Shown piece by piece: positions 18,747 through 28,142 of a stretch of 64,000 nucleotides of DNA. Origin of the DNA: an uncultured delta proteobacterium (GTDB lineage Bacteria; Myxococcota_A; Polyangia; Haliangiales; Haliangiaceae); contig CAWKDB010000004.1 in assembly GCA_963848295.1 (NCBI GenBank), forward strand, positions 128,001 through 192,000. The letters run 5' to 3'. Under the pieces are notes generated by a model. It saw only the letters and a list, made by a program, of their open reading frames with translations, was not told where the DNA came from and ran no database searches. Position numbers and translations under genes: made by a program. Numbering within the stretch: the first letter of the stretch is position 1; each line of letters starts with the position of its first letter.

Positions 18747-19748
18747 TCAGGGCGTCGCGTCGCCGGTCACCGTCGCCGCGGGCGTTGCAGCGGCCGGCGC
18801 GGCGGCATGGACCGTCTCTGCATAGTGGCGCACGAAAGCGATCTGATCGATCAGCGATAGACCGAAGGTCTTGCCTTCCGCGATCGCAGCATCGGCCGTC
18901 CAGCCGTCGACCGCGATGCGATAACAGGCGACCGCCGTGCCGGTGCGGCCTTTGCCGGCCTCGCAATGGACGTACGTCGGCGGATGCGCCCGCGCGAACG
19001 AGATGAACTCGTTCATCTGCTCGACCGTCGGCGGGGCGTTGTCGAGGATCTCGCAGTTGTAGTGCTCGATTCCGTACTTATCGGCGAGCGCTTTGTCGTT
19101 CGTGTGCTCGAGGCACAGGCTCACGACGCCGCGTATGCCTTGCGCCTTGAGCGCCTTCATCCCGTCGTCGTCGAGACGCGAGCCGCGATACAGGCCACCA
19201 TCGACTCGCGCTTCGTACGCCTTCACCGGGTACTTGAGCCCGGCGAGCTCGGCGACGCCGAGGATCTCACCGCCGACTTCTTCGACTTGCTCGGCGGCAT
19301 CGAGCAAGCCGTGGCCGATGTCGCCGAAGACACCGCGCTTCTTGTCGTCGGTCGGGGCCGCGATTGGTTCCGTCGGCGCCGCTGTGGGTGCGGCGACAGC
19401 CGGCGCAGACGCCGACGCCGGTGGAGGAGTGGCTGCGGTCGCCGCGGGCATGGCTGCCGTTGCCGCGGGCGCCGTTGCAACGGGCGCGGCTGGCGCTTGC
19501 ATCGCGGCGACGACGGACTGCACGTACCCGTTGCCGAGCTTCTGTTGAAGCAGAAGCAGCAGCGCGTCATGGTCCGCAGGGAAGCTGTTGACGATCGACG
19601 CGGTGAGAGAGGGCTCGGGAAGGCCCGGATGCGTTCGCAAGAAGTAGCTCAGCACGGCCACGCCGGCTCCGACCTTGGGCTCGGGCGCGTGCTGTTGCAG
19701 CGAGTCGCCGACCGGTGCAGCTGTGGTCGCGACGTCGAGCGAGGACAT
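18747..19748 (-). CDS. Tyrosine/dual-specificity phosphatase with unnamed N-terminal domain and Ala/Pro linker
   Basis: LYRGS, HCEAGKGRTG (HCx5R) P-loop; no signal peptide. Confidence 0.9.
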   Translation of the reverse strand: MSSLDVATTAAPVGDSLQQHAPEPKVGAGVAVLSYFLRTHPGLPEPSLTASIVNSFPADHDALLLLLQQKLGNGYVQSVVAAMQAPAAPVATAPAATAAMPAATAATPPPASASAPAVAAPTAAPTEPIAAPTDDKKRGVFGDIGHGLLDAAEQVEEVGGEILGVAELAGLKYPVKAYEARVDGGLYRGSRLDDDGMKALKAQGIRGVVSLCLEHTNDKALADKYGIEHYNCEILDNAPPTVEQMNEFISFARAHPPTYVHCEAGKGRTGTAVACYRIAVDGWTADAAIAEGKTFGLSLIDQIAFVRHYAETVHAAAPAAATPAATVTGDATP

Positions 19749-19855
19749 GAGCGATCATAGGCGGTCCGAACTACGGATTGCACTGTGTTTATCGGTTTTT
19801 TACGAACCAGCGGTTGTGGGGCATCCGTAACGTCGCTGTGCTCGTGCTCGGGCTC

Positions 19856-21094
19856 ATGCGGTGGCTGCGATTGACGGTGAGGTTGCTAACGGTCGAGGCG
19901 TTGCGTTCCCTCGCGCGCAACAAGATGCGTGCGGCGTTGGCGATCATCGGAATCGCGAGCGGCGTCGCGACCGTGATCCTCGTCGTGGCGATCGGGACTG
20001 CCGGGAAGAACGCCGCGATCAGCGCGTTCGAGGCCCTCGGCGATAACCTGGTGTGGGTCGAGGCCGGATCGCGCAATGCGGCCGGGGTTCGAACCGGCAC
20101 GCACGGGATGACGACCTTGGTTCCGGCGGATGCCGCCGCGATCCGTGACCAAGCGCCGCTGATCGCCAAGGTTTCCGAGAACCTCGATGGTCACGTCCAG
20201 GTCGTGGGCGAGGCGGCCAACTGGAACACTCAGTTTCGCGGCGTCTCGCCGGACTACCCTGCGATCCGTCGTTGGGTCGTCGCACGCGGGGCGTTCTTCA
20301 CGACCGACGATGTCGAACGCGCGACCACCGTCGTGGTGATCGGCGACACCGTGAGGCGCGAAGTGTTCGGCTCGTTCGACCCGATCGGCGCGCGACTGCG
20401 AATCGCGTCGTCCTCGTTCACCGTGATCGGCGTGCTCGAGCCGAAGGGCTTCTCGGCGAGCGGCCAGGACCAAGACGACACGATCATGATGCCTTGGACG
20501 ACGGTTCGAAATCGCATCGTCGGCAAGTCGACCGTGTGGCTCGATGACATCTTGTGCTCGGCGGTGTCGACCGATCAGATCGTCGCGGCCGGCAGGCAGG
20601 TGGCCGAGCTCCTGCGCGACCGCCACCACATCGCAGTCGACGGTGACGACGACTTCAACATTCGTCACCCCGAGGAGCTGCTGCGCGCGAAGCTGTCCGC
20701 CGCGCAGACGCTCCAGCTGTTGTTGCTCCTGATCGCGTCACTCGCGTTGCTCGTCGGCGGTATCGGGATCATGAACGTGATGCTCGCATCGGTCGCGCAG
20801 CGGACGATGGAGATCGGGATCCGCATGGCGATCGGCGCTCGGCCATCGGCGATTCGAGCGCAGTTCCTCGGCGAAGCGGTGATGCTCTCGGTCGTCGGCG
20901 CCGCGCTCGGCTTGGTCGCAGGCATCTGGGCCACACCTCGCGTCGCGGCGGCGTTGGGTTGGCCGATCGCGATGTCGCCGCGCGCCGACGAGGTGGCATG
21001 CGCGTTCTCGCTCGCCGTCGGTGTGGCGTTCGGCCTCTACCCGGCGTCGCGCGCTGCGCGACTTGATCCGATCCATGCACTACGGCTCGAATAG
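19856..21094 (+). CDS. MacB/FtsX-type ABC transporter permease
   Basis: RNKMRAAL..IG, LLVGGIGIMNVMLASV..RTMEIGIRMAIGA, PASRAARLDPI. Confidence 0.92.
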   Translation: MRWLRLTVRLLTVEALRSLARNKMRAALAIIGIASGVATVILVVAIGTAGKNAAISAFEALGDNLVWVEAGSRNAAGVRTGTHGMTTLVPADAAAIRDQAPLIAKVSENLDGHVQVVGEAANWNTQFRGVSPDYPAIRRWVVARGAFFTTDDVERATTVVVIGDTVRREVFGSFDPIGARLRIASSSFTVIGVLEPKGFSASGQDQDDTIMMPWTTVRNRIVGKSTVWLDDILCSAVSTDQIVAAGRQVAELLRDRHHIAVDGDDDFNIRHPEELLRAKLSAAQTLQLLLLLIASLALLVGGIGIMNVMLASVAQRTMEIGIRMAIGARPSAIRAQFLGEAVMLSVVGAALGLVAGIWATPRVAAALGWPIAMSPRADEVACAFSLAVGVAFGLYPASRAARLDPIHALRLE

Positions 21095-21270
21095 TTGTCG
21101 CCAACTGTTGGTTCAGTCCTCACATGTAGGACAAGCGATTACCGGCGTGACCTATATATTGGTGTCTTTATCTTTGGTATTCGGTGACTTGTTAGTGACA
21201 GGTCAGTGGATTTGACTTGAACGATTCGATCGAGCGCGCCTAACGTGCGCCGGTCATGTCGTTCGATAAG

Positions 21271-22203
21271 ATGCACCGCTTGCTGATTCCGTGCTTACTC
21301 GCGGCTGCTTGCAGCTCGGCTCCGCATGGCGATGGGGTCGGCTCTGACGCGAAACCGCCGTCCGACGCCAAGGGCGACAGTGGTACGACGACATCGCCGA
21401 TGTTGTTCAAGTTCGGAATCGTCGGGGACACGCGGCCGGCCAACGAGGACGACACCCCGCACTATCCGACCACGATCATCACGAAGATCTGGGCCGACAT
21501 CGCCGCGGCGTCGTGCGACTTCGCGGTCAGCACCGGCGACTACCAGTTCTCGAGCCCGACTGGGAGTCAGGCAGGCGCGCAGCTCGATCTCTATGTCGCC
21601 GCCCGACAGCAATTCTCGAAACCACTGTATCCGGCGATGGGCAATCACGAGTGTACCGGCTATACCGACTCGAACTGCGGTACCGGCAACGCCGACGGCA
21701 TCACGAACAACTACACCGCGTTCACGTCGAGGCTGCTCGACCCGATCGGCCAGACCAAGCCGTATTACGTCGTGAGCTTCGCGGCTCCGGACCAATCGTG
21801 GACCGCGAAGCTCGTCGTCATCGCGGCGAACGCGTGGGACAGCGCGCAGTCTGCCTGGCTCGACACCGCGCTGTCACAGATGACGACGTATACGTTCATC
21901 GTGCGCCACGAGGATTCGTACGCGAACACCGCCCCGGGCGTGACGCCGTCCGACACGATCATCGCGAAGTACCCCTACACGCTGAAGATCTTCGGTCACA
22001 CGCATACGTACGCGCACTACCCGAGCGAACACGACGTGATCTGTGGCAACGGCGGCGCGCCGCTGACGTCGGGCACGAACTATGGCTACGGGATCGTCGA
22101 GTTGCTCGCGGACGGCAAGGTCCAGTTCACCGACTACGACTATTCGAACGACTCGGTCATTGACCAATTTCGCCTCAACGCTGACGGGTCTTCGGCGCCG
22201 TGA
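21271..22203 (+). CDS. Calcineurin-like metallophosphoesterase lipoprotein
   Basis: LAAAC lipobox; GDTR, TGDY, MGNHE, FGHTH. Confidence 0.88.
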   Translation: MHRLLIPCLLAAACSSAPHGDGVGSDAKPPSDAKGDSGTTTSPMLFKFGIVGDTRPANEDDTPHYPTTIITKIWADIAAASCDFAVSTGDYQFSSPTGSQAGAQLDLYVAARQQFSKPLYPAMGNHECTGYTDSNCGTGNADGITNNYTAFTSRLLDPIGQTKPYYVVSFAAPDQSWTAKLVVIAANAWDSAQSAWLDTALSQMTTYTFIVRHEDSYANTAPGVTPSDTIIAKYPYTLKIFGHTHTYAHYPSEHDVICGNGGAPLTSGTNYGYGIVELLADGKVQFTDYDYSNDSVIDQFRLNADGSSAP

Positions 22204-22289
22204 CCAAGACGCGGGCCGATCATAAAGAGTTGGCCAGCGTCGCGTTGCTACTCGACATCTCGAAGCCGATTCCTCTACGGTTCGCCGCG

Positions 22290-23141
22290 ATGGGGAAACT
22301 GCTGATCGTGATGTCGTTGTCGCTTGGAGCTGTCGCCGCGTGCGGACCGTCGTCGCGCGACGGCACGAGCCCGGACGCCGATACCCACGCGATCGATGCG
22401 CCGGGCGACGCGCCTGCCGGTGGTTACAACGTCTACGCGCATAGCGACGGCGTGCTCTATACGATCGACTTGCAAACCAAGGCGCTCGTCACGGTCGGCA
22501 ACTTCAACGCGCCTCCGCCGACGGGTAGCACGACACCCGACGTCATCACCGATCTCGCCGTCGCGCCGGACGGCACGATCTACGTCAACTCGGAGACGGC
22601 CCTCTACACCGCGAGCGCGATGGACGGCCACGTCACGCTCGTCGGCTCGCTCTCGACGTGCGGCACGAAAGCGGTTGCGCTCACCACCACGTCCGACGGT
22701 CGGCTGTGGATGGGCGACTACATGGGCGCGATCTGCCAGATCGACATCACGGTGTCGCCGCCGACGGTCGGCGCACCCGTGACGATGAGCAACGGCATGG
22801 CGCTCGCCGGCGACATGGTCGGCGTCGACGACGGCACCGTGTTCGGCACCGCGTACAGCCTGAATACGTCGTCGACCCAGAACGACAACTCGCTCGTCAA
22901 GATCGATGTCGCGACCGGAACCGTCACGATGATCGGCGCGAGCGGCTATCCGAAGCTGTTCGGCGTGTCGTTCGCGAACAATCAAGTGTTCGGGTTCACT
23001 CACGACGGCACCGGACGGGTCGTCACGATCGATACCGCGACGGGGGTCGGGACGATGTTCGGAACGTTCATGGACCCGATGACGAACAAGGGCATCTCGT
23101 TTGCGGGCGCCGGTGTTAACTCGCTCGTCGTGATCGAGTAG
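22290..23141 (+). CDS. Beta-propeller lipoprotein
   Basis: VAAC lipobox; repeated blades (DLAVAPDGTIY, KIDVATGTVT, TIDTATGVGT). Confidence 0.75.
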   Translation: MGKLLIVMSLSLGAVAACGPSSRDGTSPDADTHAIDAPGDAPAGGYNVYAHSDGVLYTIDLQTKALVTVGNFNAPPPTGSTTPDVITDLAVAPDGTIYVNSETALYTASAMDGHVTLVGSLSTCGTKAVALTTTSDGRLWMGDYMGAICQIDITVSPPTVGAPVTMSNGMALAGDMVGVDDGTVFGTAYSLNTSSTQNDNSLVKIDVATGTVTMIGASGYPKLFGVSFANNQVFGFTHDGTGRVVTIDTATGVGTMFGTFMDPMTNKGISFAGAGVNSLVVIE

Positions 23142-23158
23142 CTTCTGTCCTAGAAGCA

Positions 23159-23794
23159 ATGCGAACCCGGCGCGCGCTCGCGCTCATCGTCTGTGCTGGT
23201 TGCGCGGCCGCGACCTCGGCGAACGTCGACGCCGTGCATCGGTTGCGCGACGGCGCTACCGACACCGGTTCTGCCGGCAACGACGGCCCGCTCGGGAGCT
23301 GCGCGATGCCGTTCACCGGCGTGGTCGCGACCTGGGACTTGACCGCGCAGCCGGGCAACCAGGCCTCGACCCCGGCGTCGGCGACCGCGCCGGGCGGCAT
23401 GGCCGGAGACATCACGCGCGCGCCCGGTCTCGTCGCGATGACCGGCGCCGGGTCGATCAACTCGAACAGCTGGCCGACCGCCGCGACGCTCGATCTGACC
23501 GCGTACTACACGATCTCGGTGACACCGCCGAGCGGCTGTACGTTGTCGCTGACCGCGGCGGCGCTCGATGCCAAGGCGAGCGGCACCGGGCCGAAGTCGT
23601 GCGCGGTCGCGACGAGCGATGACAACTTCACCCAGACCGCGACCTGCTCGACGTCGGCGCCGAGCGTGCCCGTGCTCTCGGTCAGCGGCGCGAACGGCGC
23701 GGTCGAGGTCCGGATCTACGGCTACGCGGCGATGAGCGCCGCCGGCACGCTGCGCGTCGAGAACACGCTGTCGTTGTCCGGCAGCTTCGACTGA
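23159..23794 (+). CDS. Secreted/lipoprotein of unknown function, beta-sandwich-like
   Basis: CAGC N-terminus; YYTISVTP, ASGTGP, EVRIYGY. Confidence 0.65.
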   Translation: MRTRRALALIVCAGCAAATSANVDAVHRLRDGATDTGSAGNDGPLGSCAMPFTGVVATWDLTAQPGNQASTPASATAPGGMAGDITRAPGLVAMTGAGSINSNSWPTAATLDLTAYYTISVTPPSGCTLSLTAAALDAKASGTGPKSCAVATSDDNFTQTATCSTSAPSVPVLSVSGANGAVEVRIYGYAAMSAAGTLRVENTLSLSGSFD

Positions 23795-23848
23795 CTCGCT
23801 GCTCCCGGCGCTGCTCGCACTCTATCGACGACTTGCTATGGTGCCGTC

Positions 23849-24934
23849 ATGGCGACCAGCACCGGCTTGCGGCACGAGCGCGTCGTCGCATCCGCGCAGT
23901 TTCACGACGGTGCGTTTCACAACCCGGGCGGGATGCGCGAAGGCGTGCAGGGCGGAGCGCTGCCGATGCTCGGCGAGTGGTTCTTCGGCGGCCAGCAGCG
24001 CCGCCCGCCCGCGCCGTTGCCGCTCGAGCGCCCGCACGAGATCTGGGCGAAGCGTCCCGACACCGGCTTTCGCGCGACCTGGCTCGGCCACTCGACCGTG
24101 CTGCTCGAGCTCGATGGTCGGCGCGTGCTCACGGACCCGGTGTTCGGCAAGCGCGTCTCGCCGATCAGCTTCATGGGGCCGCGGCGGTTTCATCCCGTCC
24201 CGGCCGAGCTCGCCGAGCTGCCGCCGATCGATGTCGTATTGCTATCGCACGATCACCTCGATCATCTGTGTCGCGCGACGATGACCGCGCTCGCGAAGAC
24301 CGGCGTTCCGGTCGTGACCGCGCTCGGCGTCGGCGCGCACCTCGAGCACTACGGCTTCGCGCCCGAGCAGATCACCGAGCTCGATTGGCACGAGTCGACG
24401 CGCGTCGGCGGGATCGACTTCATCGCGACTCCAGCCCAGCACTTCTCCGGCCGTACGCTGACCGGCCGCAACAAGACGCTGTGGGCGTCGTGGGTGATCC
24501 GCTCCGAGCGGCGCAGCGTGTTCTTCTCGGGCGACACCGGCCTGACCCCGCAGTTTGTCGAGACCGGCAAGCACTACGGGCCCTTCGATCTCGTGATGCT
24601 CGAGATCGGCGCCTATCACCCGGCGTGGGGCACGATCCACCTCGGACCGGCCAATGCACTCGAAGCGTTTGCGATGCTCGGCGGCGGCACGCTGTTGCCG
24701 GTGCACTGGGGCACGTTCTCGCTCGGGTTCCATGCGTGGGATGCTCCGGGCGAAGAGCTGATCGCGCTCGCTCCCCAGCGCGGTGCGCGGATCATCACGC
24801 CGAAGCTCGGCGCCGCGTTCGAGCCCGAGCATGTCGCCGGTCCGAGCCCGTGGTGGCGCGAGGTTCCCGGCTGGCATCCGGCCGAGCCCGAGCCCGAGCC
24901 CGTTCAAGCGTCGACGGGTTCGTCGGGCAGCTGA
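23849..24934 (+). CDS. MBL-fold metallo-hydrolase (NAPE-PLD/RomA-like)
   Basis: TWLGHST, LTDPVF, SHDHLDH, PAQHFSGR, FFSGDTG, IGAY, PVHWGTF. Confidence 0.92.
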   Translation: MATSTGLRHERVVASAQFHDGAFHNPGGMREGVQGGALPMLGEWFFGGQQRRPPAPLPLERPHEIWAKRPDTGFRATWLGHSTVLLELDGRRVLTDPVFGKRVSPISFMGPRRFHPVPAELAELPPIDVVLLSHDHLDHLCRATMTALAKTGVPVVTALGVGAHLEHYGFAPEQITELDWHESTRVGGIDFIATPAQHFSGRTLTGRNKTLWASWVIRSERRSVFFSGDTGLTPQFVETGKHYGPFDLVMLEIGAYHPAWGTIHLGPANALEAFAMLGGGTLLPVHWGTFSLGFHAWDAPGEELIALAPQRGARIITPKLGAAFEPEHVAGPSPWWREVPGWHPAEPEPEPVQASTGSSGS

Positions 24935-25326
24935 TCGACATCGTCGGCGTGACGCGGGAAGTGCGCCGCGAGCTGCGCGCCGATCATCTCGATGCCCTGC
25001 ACGATCCCGCCGGTGAGATCACGCGCGCGAAACCGCTCGCCGATCGCCGCCGCCGCGGCATCCCAGAACGCCTGGCCGACCTTCGCGTGGATCGCGTCGT
25101 CACCGAGCACGACGAACCGCCGCCGGCGCGGACACACGAACAGCAACACGCCGTTGCGGTCGCGCGTGTGACCGATCCCGAGCTTCGCGAACGCGAAGTC
25201 CGCGGCCTTGTCGACACTGCCCCAGAACCACGGTGCGATCGACACGACGATCTCGCCGGAGGTCGAGCGCTCGGCCGCGAGGACCGCCGCCTTGACCGCG
25301 GCGCGATCGATCGAGCGAGGGCTCAC
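24904..25326 (-). CDS. TPM domain protein
   Basis: AERSTSGEIVV, TRDRNGVLLF, GD.AIHAKV, DQLPDE; GTGA coupling. Confidence 0.88.
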   Translation of the reverse strand: MSPRSIDRAAVKAAVLAAERSTSGEIVVSIAPWFWGSVDKAADFAFAKLGIGHTRDRNGVLLFVCPRRRRFVVLGDDAIHAKVGQAFWDAAAAAIGERFRARDLTGGIVQGIEMIGAQLAAHFPRHADDVDQLPDEPVDA

Positions 25327-26078
25327 CACGATCCGCTCGCTCCGCCGCCGCCGGATCGGCCACCGCCGCCCGAGAACCCGCCGCCACCACCGCCGCCCGA
25401 GTAGCCACCGCCCCCGCCGCCGCGGCCGAGCGACGAGATGACGTTCCACAGCAGGAACCACGCCATGCGCGGGTGTGTGATCGCGAGCGCGAGCAACAAC
25501 ACGCCGATGATCCCGCCGATGATCAGCGTGCCGAGGCCGACACCATCGCTCTCGTGCGGAGGTCCATCGCGCACCCGCTCGGCGTGGCCGTCGGGCACCG
25601 AGTCGAGTCGCTTCGTGATCTGGTCGATCGCGGCATTCAGGCCGGCGGCCGGGTGACCGGCCTGGAGCGCCGGCGCGAGCTGCTCGCGAATGATCCGCGA
25701 TGCATAGATATCGGGCAGGCGGTCTTCGACGCCGTAGCCGACTTCGATCCGCGCGAGGTGATCGCTCGCGAACAGGAACAGCGCGACGCCGTTATCGATC
25801 TTCTTCTCGCCGATGCCCCACGACGTGAACGCGCGCACCGACCAGTCTTCGATCGGCTCGCCGTCGAGCGTCGTGCCGATCCAGACGATGACTTGACGCC
25901 CGGTCGCGTGCTCGTACGCCTCGAGCCGCGCGTCGAGCTGATCGCGTTCCGCGGCCGAGAGCAAGCCGGCGTTATCGGTCACCCAACGCGTCGGCTTGGG
26001 CGGAACCGGAGGCGCTTTCGCGACGGCGACCGCGGTGAGCCCGACGAGCAGCGCGAGCGCGAGCGCGATGCCACGCAT
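25323..26078 (-). CDS. TPM domain protein with Gly-rich tail (YgcG-like)
   Basis: VTDNAGLL, WGIGEKKIDNG, RIEVGYGVE, FSGGGGRSGGGGASGSW. Confidence 0.92.
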   Translation of the reverse strand: MRGIALALALLVGLTAVAVAKAPPVPPKPTRWVTDNAGLLSAAERDQLDARLEAYEHATGRQVIVWIGTTLDGEPIEDWSVRAFTSWGIGEKKIDNGVALFLFASDHLARIEVGYGVEDRLPDIYASRIIREQLAPALQAGHPAAGLNAAIDQITKRLDSVPDGHAERVRDGPPHESDGVGLGTLIIGGIIGVLLLALAITHPRMAWFLLWNVISSLGRGGGGGGYSGGGGGGGFSGGGGRSGGGGASGSW

Positions 26079-26084
26079 GTGGCC

Positions 26085-26684
26085 TTAGAACTGCACCACG
26101 GGCACGTTCTCGGCGCCGGCCTTCGCGGAGAAGAACGCCTTGTCGTTGAACTTGGCGCCGAAGAATCCGGCGAGCATGTTCGTCGGGAAGCTGTTGCGCG
26201 CGGTGTTGAAGCCCTGCGCCGCCTCGTTGAACCTCATGCGCGCGACGCGGATGCGGTTGTCGATGCCGGATAATTGCGCCTGCAGGTCGGTGAACGCGCC
26301 GATCGATTTGAGCTCGGGGTACTGCTCGGCGACGGCCATGAGCCGCGACAGCGACGTTCCGAGGTTCGCCTGCGCTGCCTCGAACGCCTTGAGCTTCGCC
26401 GGATCGCTGAGATCGTCGGCCGACAGCTTGATGCTCGTAGCTTGCGACCGCGCCTCGATCACCTTCGTCAGCGTGTCTTGCTCGAAGCTCGACGCCTTCT
26501 TGACGATCGCGATCGCGTTGTTCGTCTGATCGGCGCGGCTCTGATAGTTGTTCTCGACCTCGGCCCAGGCGGATTGCACATCCTGATCGAGCCCGATCAA
26601 CTTATTGTACGTGTGAGCGCAAGACCCTCCGATGATCAGCGCGAGCAGAACGACCCCACCGAGGACGAACCATTTTGTCTGCAT
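26085..26684 (-). CDS. lemA: LemA family protein
   Basis: YNKL..WAEVENNYQSR, VAEQYPELKS, DNRIRVAR..FN, FPTN. Confidence 0.92.
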   Translation of the reverse strand: MQTKWFVLGGVVLLALIIGGSCAHTYNKLIGLDQDVQSAWAEVENNYQSRADQTNNAIAIVKKASSFEQDTLTKVIEARSQATSIKLSADDLSDPAKLKAFEAAQANLGTSLSRLMAVAEQYPELKSIGAFTDLQAQLSGIDNRIRVARMRFNEAAQGFNTARNSFPTNMLAGFFGAKFNDKAFFSAKAGAENVPVVQF

Positions 26685-26811
26685 GAGTGCCCAGTAACAT
26701 GGTCATGAACTGGCCGTGCACAAGCTGACCGCGATTTCGTCCGGCCTCACCGCGACTTCTGGGTCGCCGGCGATTGGTGGCCTCGCCGCGTAACGGCGGT
26801 AAAGTGCCAGT

Positions 26812-27522
26812 ATGTCAGCCAACCCAGCGCTGCGCGTCGATGTTTGGTCCGACATCGCCTGCCCGTGGTGTTACGTCGGCAAGCGCCACCTCGAGCAAGC
26901 GCTGGCGAGATTTCGGCACGCCGGCGACGTCCGCATCGTGTGGCGCGCGTTCGAGCTCGATCCGAAGGCGCCACGCGTCTCGGATTCGAAGGTGCCGCAC
27001 CTCGAGCGGATCGCGCGCAAGTACGGTATCTCGATCGCGCAGGCCCAGGAAAATCGCGACCGCCTCGTCGAGATCGGCGCGCGCGACGGCCTCGAGCTCG
27101 ACTTCGACAAGCTGCGGTCGGGCAACACGTTCGACGCGCACCGCCTGCTTCACCTGGCGCACGAACGCGGGGTGCAAGACGCGCTGAAGGAGCGGCTGAT
27201 GCACGCGTACTTCACCGAAGGGCGTACCGTCGGTGATCGCGGCGAGCTGCTCGAGCTCGCGGTCGAGGTCGGGCTCGGCGCCGACGAGGTGACCACCGTG
27301 CTCGAGACCGACAAGTACGCCGCCGAGGTGCGCGGCGATGAAGCGCTCGCCGAACAGCTCGGGATCTCGGGCGTGCCGTTCTTCGTGATGGCCGGCAAGC
27401 TCGGAGTCTCGGGAGCTCAGCCCGCCACCGTACTCCTGCAAGCGCTCGAGCAAGCGTGGGGCGAGGTCGCACCGGCGGCGATCGCCGAGGGCGCGGTGTG
27501 CGGCCCCGACGGCTGCGCTTGA
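26812..27522 (+). CDS. DsbA/FrnE family oxidoreductase
   Basis: WSDIACPWCYVG, NTFDAHRL, SGVPFF, SGAQP, C-terminal CGPDGC. Confidence 0.93.
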   Translation: MSANPALRVDVWSDIACPWCYVGKRHLEQALARFRHAGDVRIVWRAFELDPKAPRVSDSKVPHLERIARKYGISIAQAQENRDRLVEIGARDGLELDFDKLRSGNTFDAHRLLHLAHERGVQDALKERLMHAYFTEGRTVGDRGELLELAVEVGLGADEVTTVLETDKYAAEVRGDEALAEQLGISGVPFFVMAGKLGVSGAQPATVLLQALEQAWGEVAPAAIAEGAVCGPDGCA

Positions 27523-27592
27523 GTTAGCCGCGCCGCCGCGGCGCTCGCCACGCGAGGCGCGTGCAAGGTGATCGCCTCGGCGGCGGCTGCGC

Positions 27593-28123
27593 TCAGAGAC
27601 TACTATCGAGGAACTTGAACGAGCAGGTGCCCCAGTTCATCGCGTCGGGATGCGAGGTCACGGTGAGCACGCCGAACTTCAGCTTGAACAGCGGGCACTG
27701 ATCGTCGGACTTGCCCTTCGCATCGAACCGCACGACGACCCTCTTGATCGCCTTGACCTTCGCGATCCGCGCGGGATCCGGCTTGGCGTCGGTCAGGCAG
27801 TGCTGCATCAGCGAGCCGAACACCTCTTCGATCCCGGCATTCGCCGCCATCACGTGCTCCATGTTGTTGCGAATGAACGCATCCGCGACCGCGGCCGCCG
27901 GCGCATAGCCGCAGAAGTCGGCGGACTGCATCGTGTGGAAGAAGTGCAGATCGTCGGCGACGACGCTGCCCTTGCACTTCGCACCGGTCGGATCGGTTTC
28001 GGCAAAGCAGGCCTTGAGCGCGGTCGAGGCCGCGCGGACCTTGTCGGATGACACCGGAGCATCCGCAGCGCTCATCGAGGTGAGGGTGCCCAGGACAGCG
28101 AGGACGCAAAGACAGCGGATCAT
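27593..28123 (-). CDS. Secreted Cys-containing hypothetical protein
   Basis: Signal-peptide-like N-terminus; protein-like composition. Confidence 0.65.
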   Translation of the reverse strand: MIRCLCVLAVLGTLTSMSAADAPVSSDKVRAASTALKACFAETDPTGAKCKGSVVADDLHFFHTMQSADFCGYAPAAAVADAFIRNNMEHVMAANAGIEEVFGSLMQHCLTDAKPDPARIAKVKAIKRVVVRFDAKGKSDDQCPLFKLKFGVLTVTSHPDAMNWGTCSFKFLDSSL

Positions 28124-28142
28124 AGGCCGCGCAGTCTACCCC

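Noticed and set aside
26711..26726. GG-N10-GC sigma54-like site upstream of the DsbA gene (a similar one abuts the AKR start)
   Set aside because: Poor match outside the dinucleotides; expected by chance at this GC content
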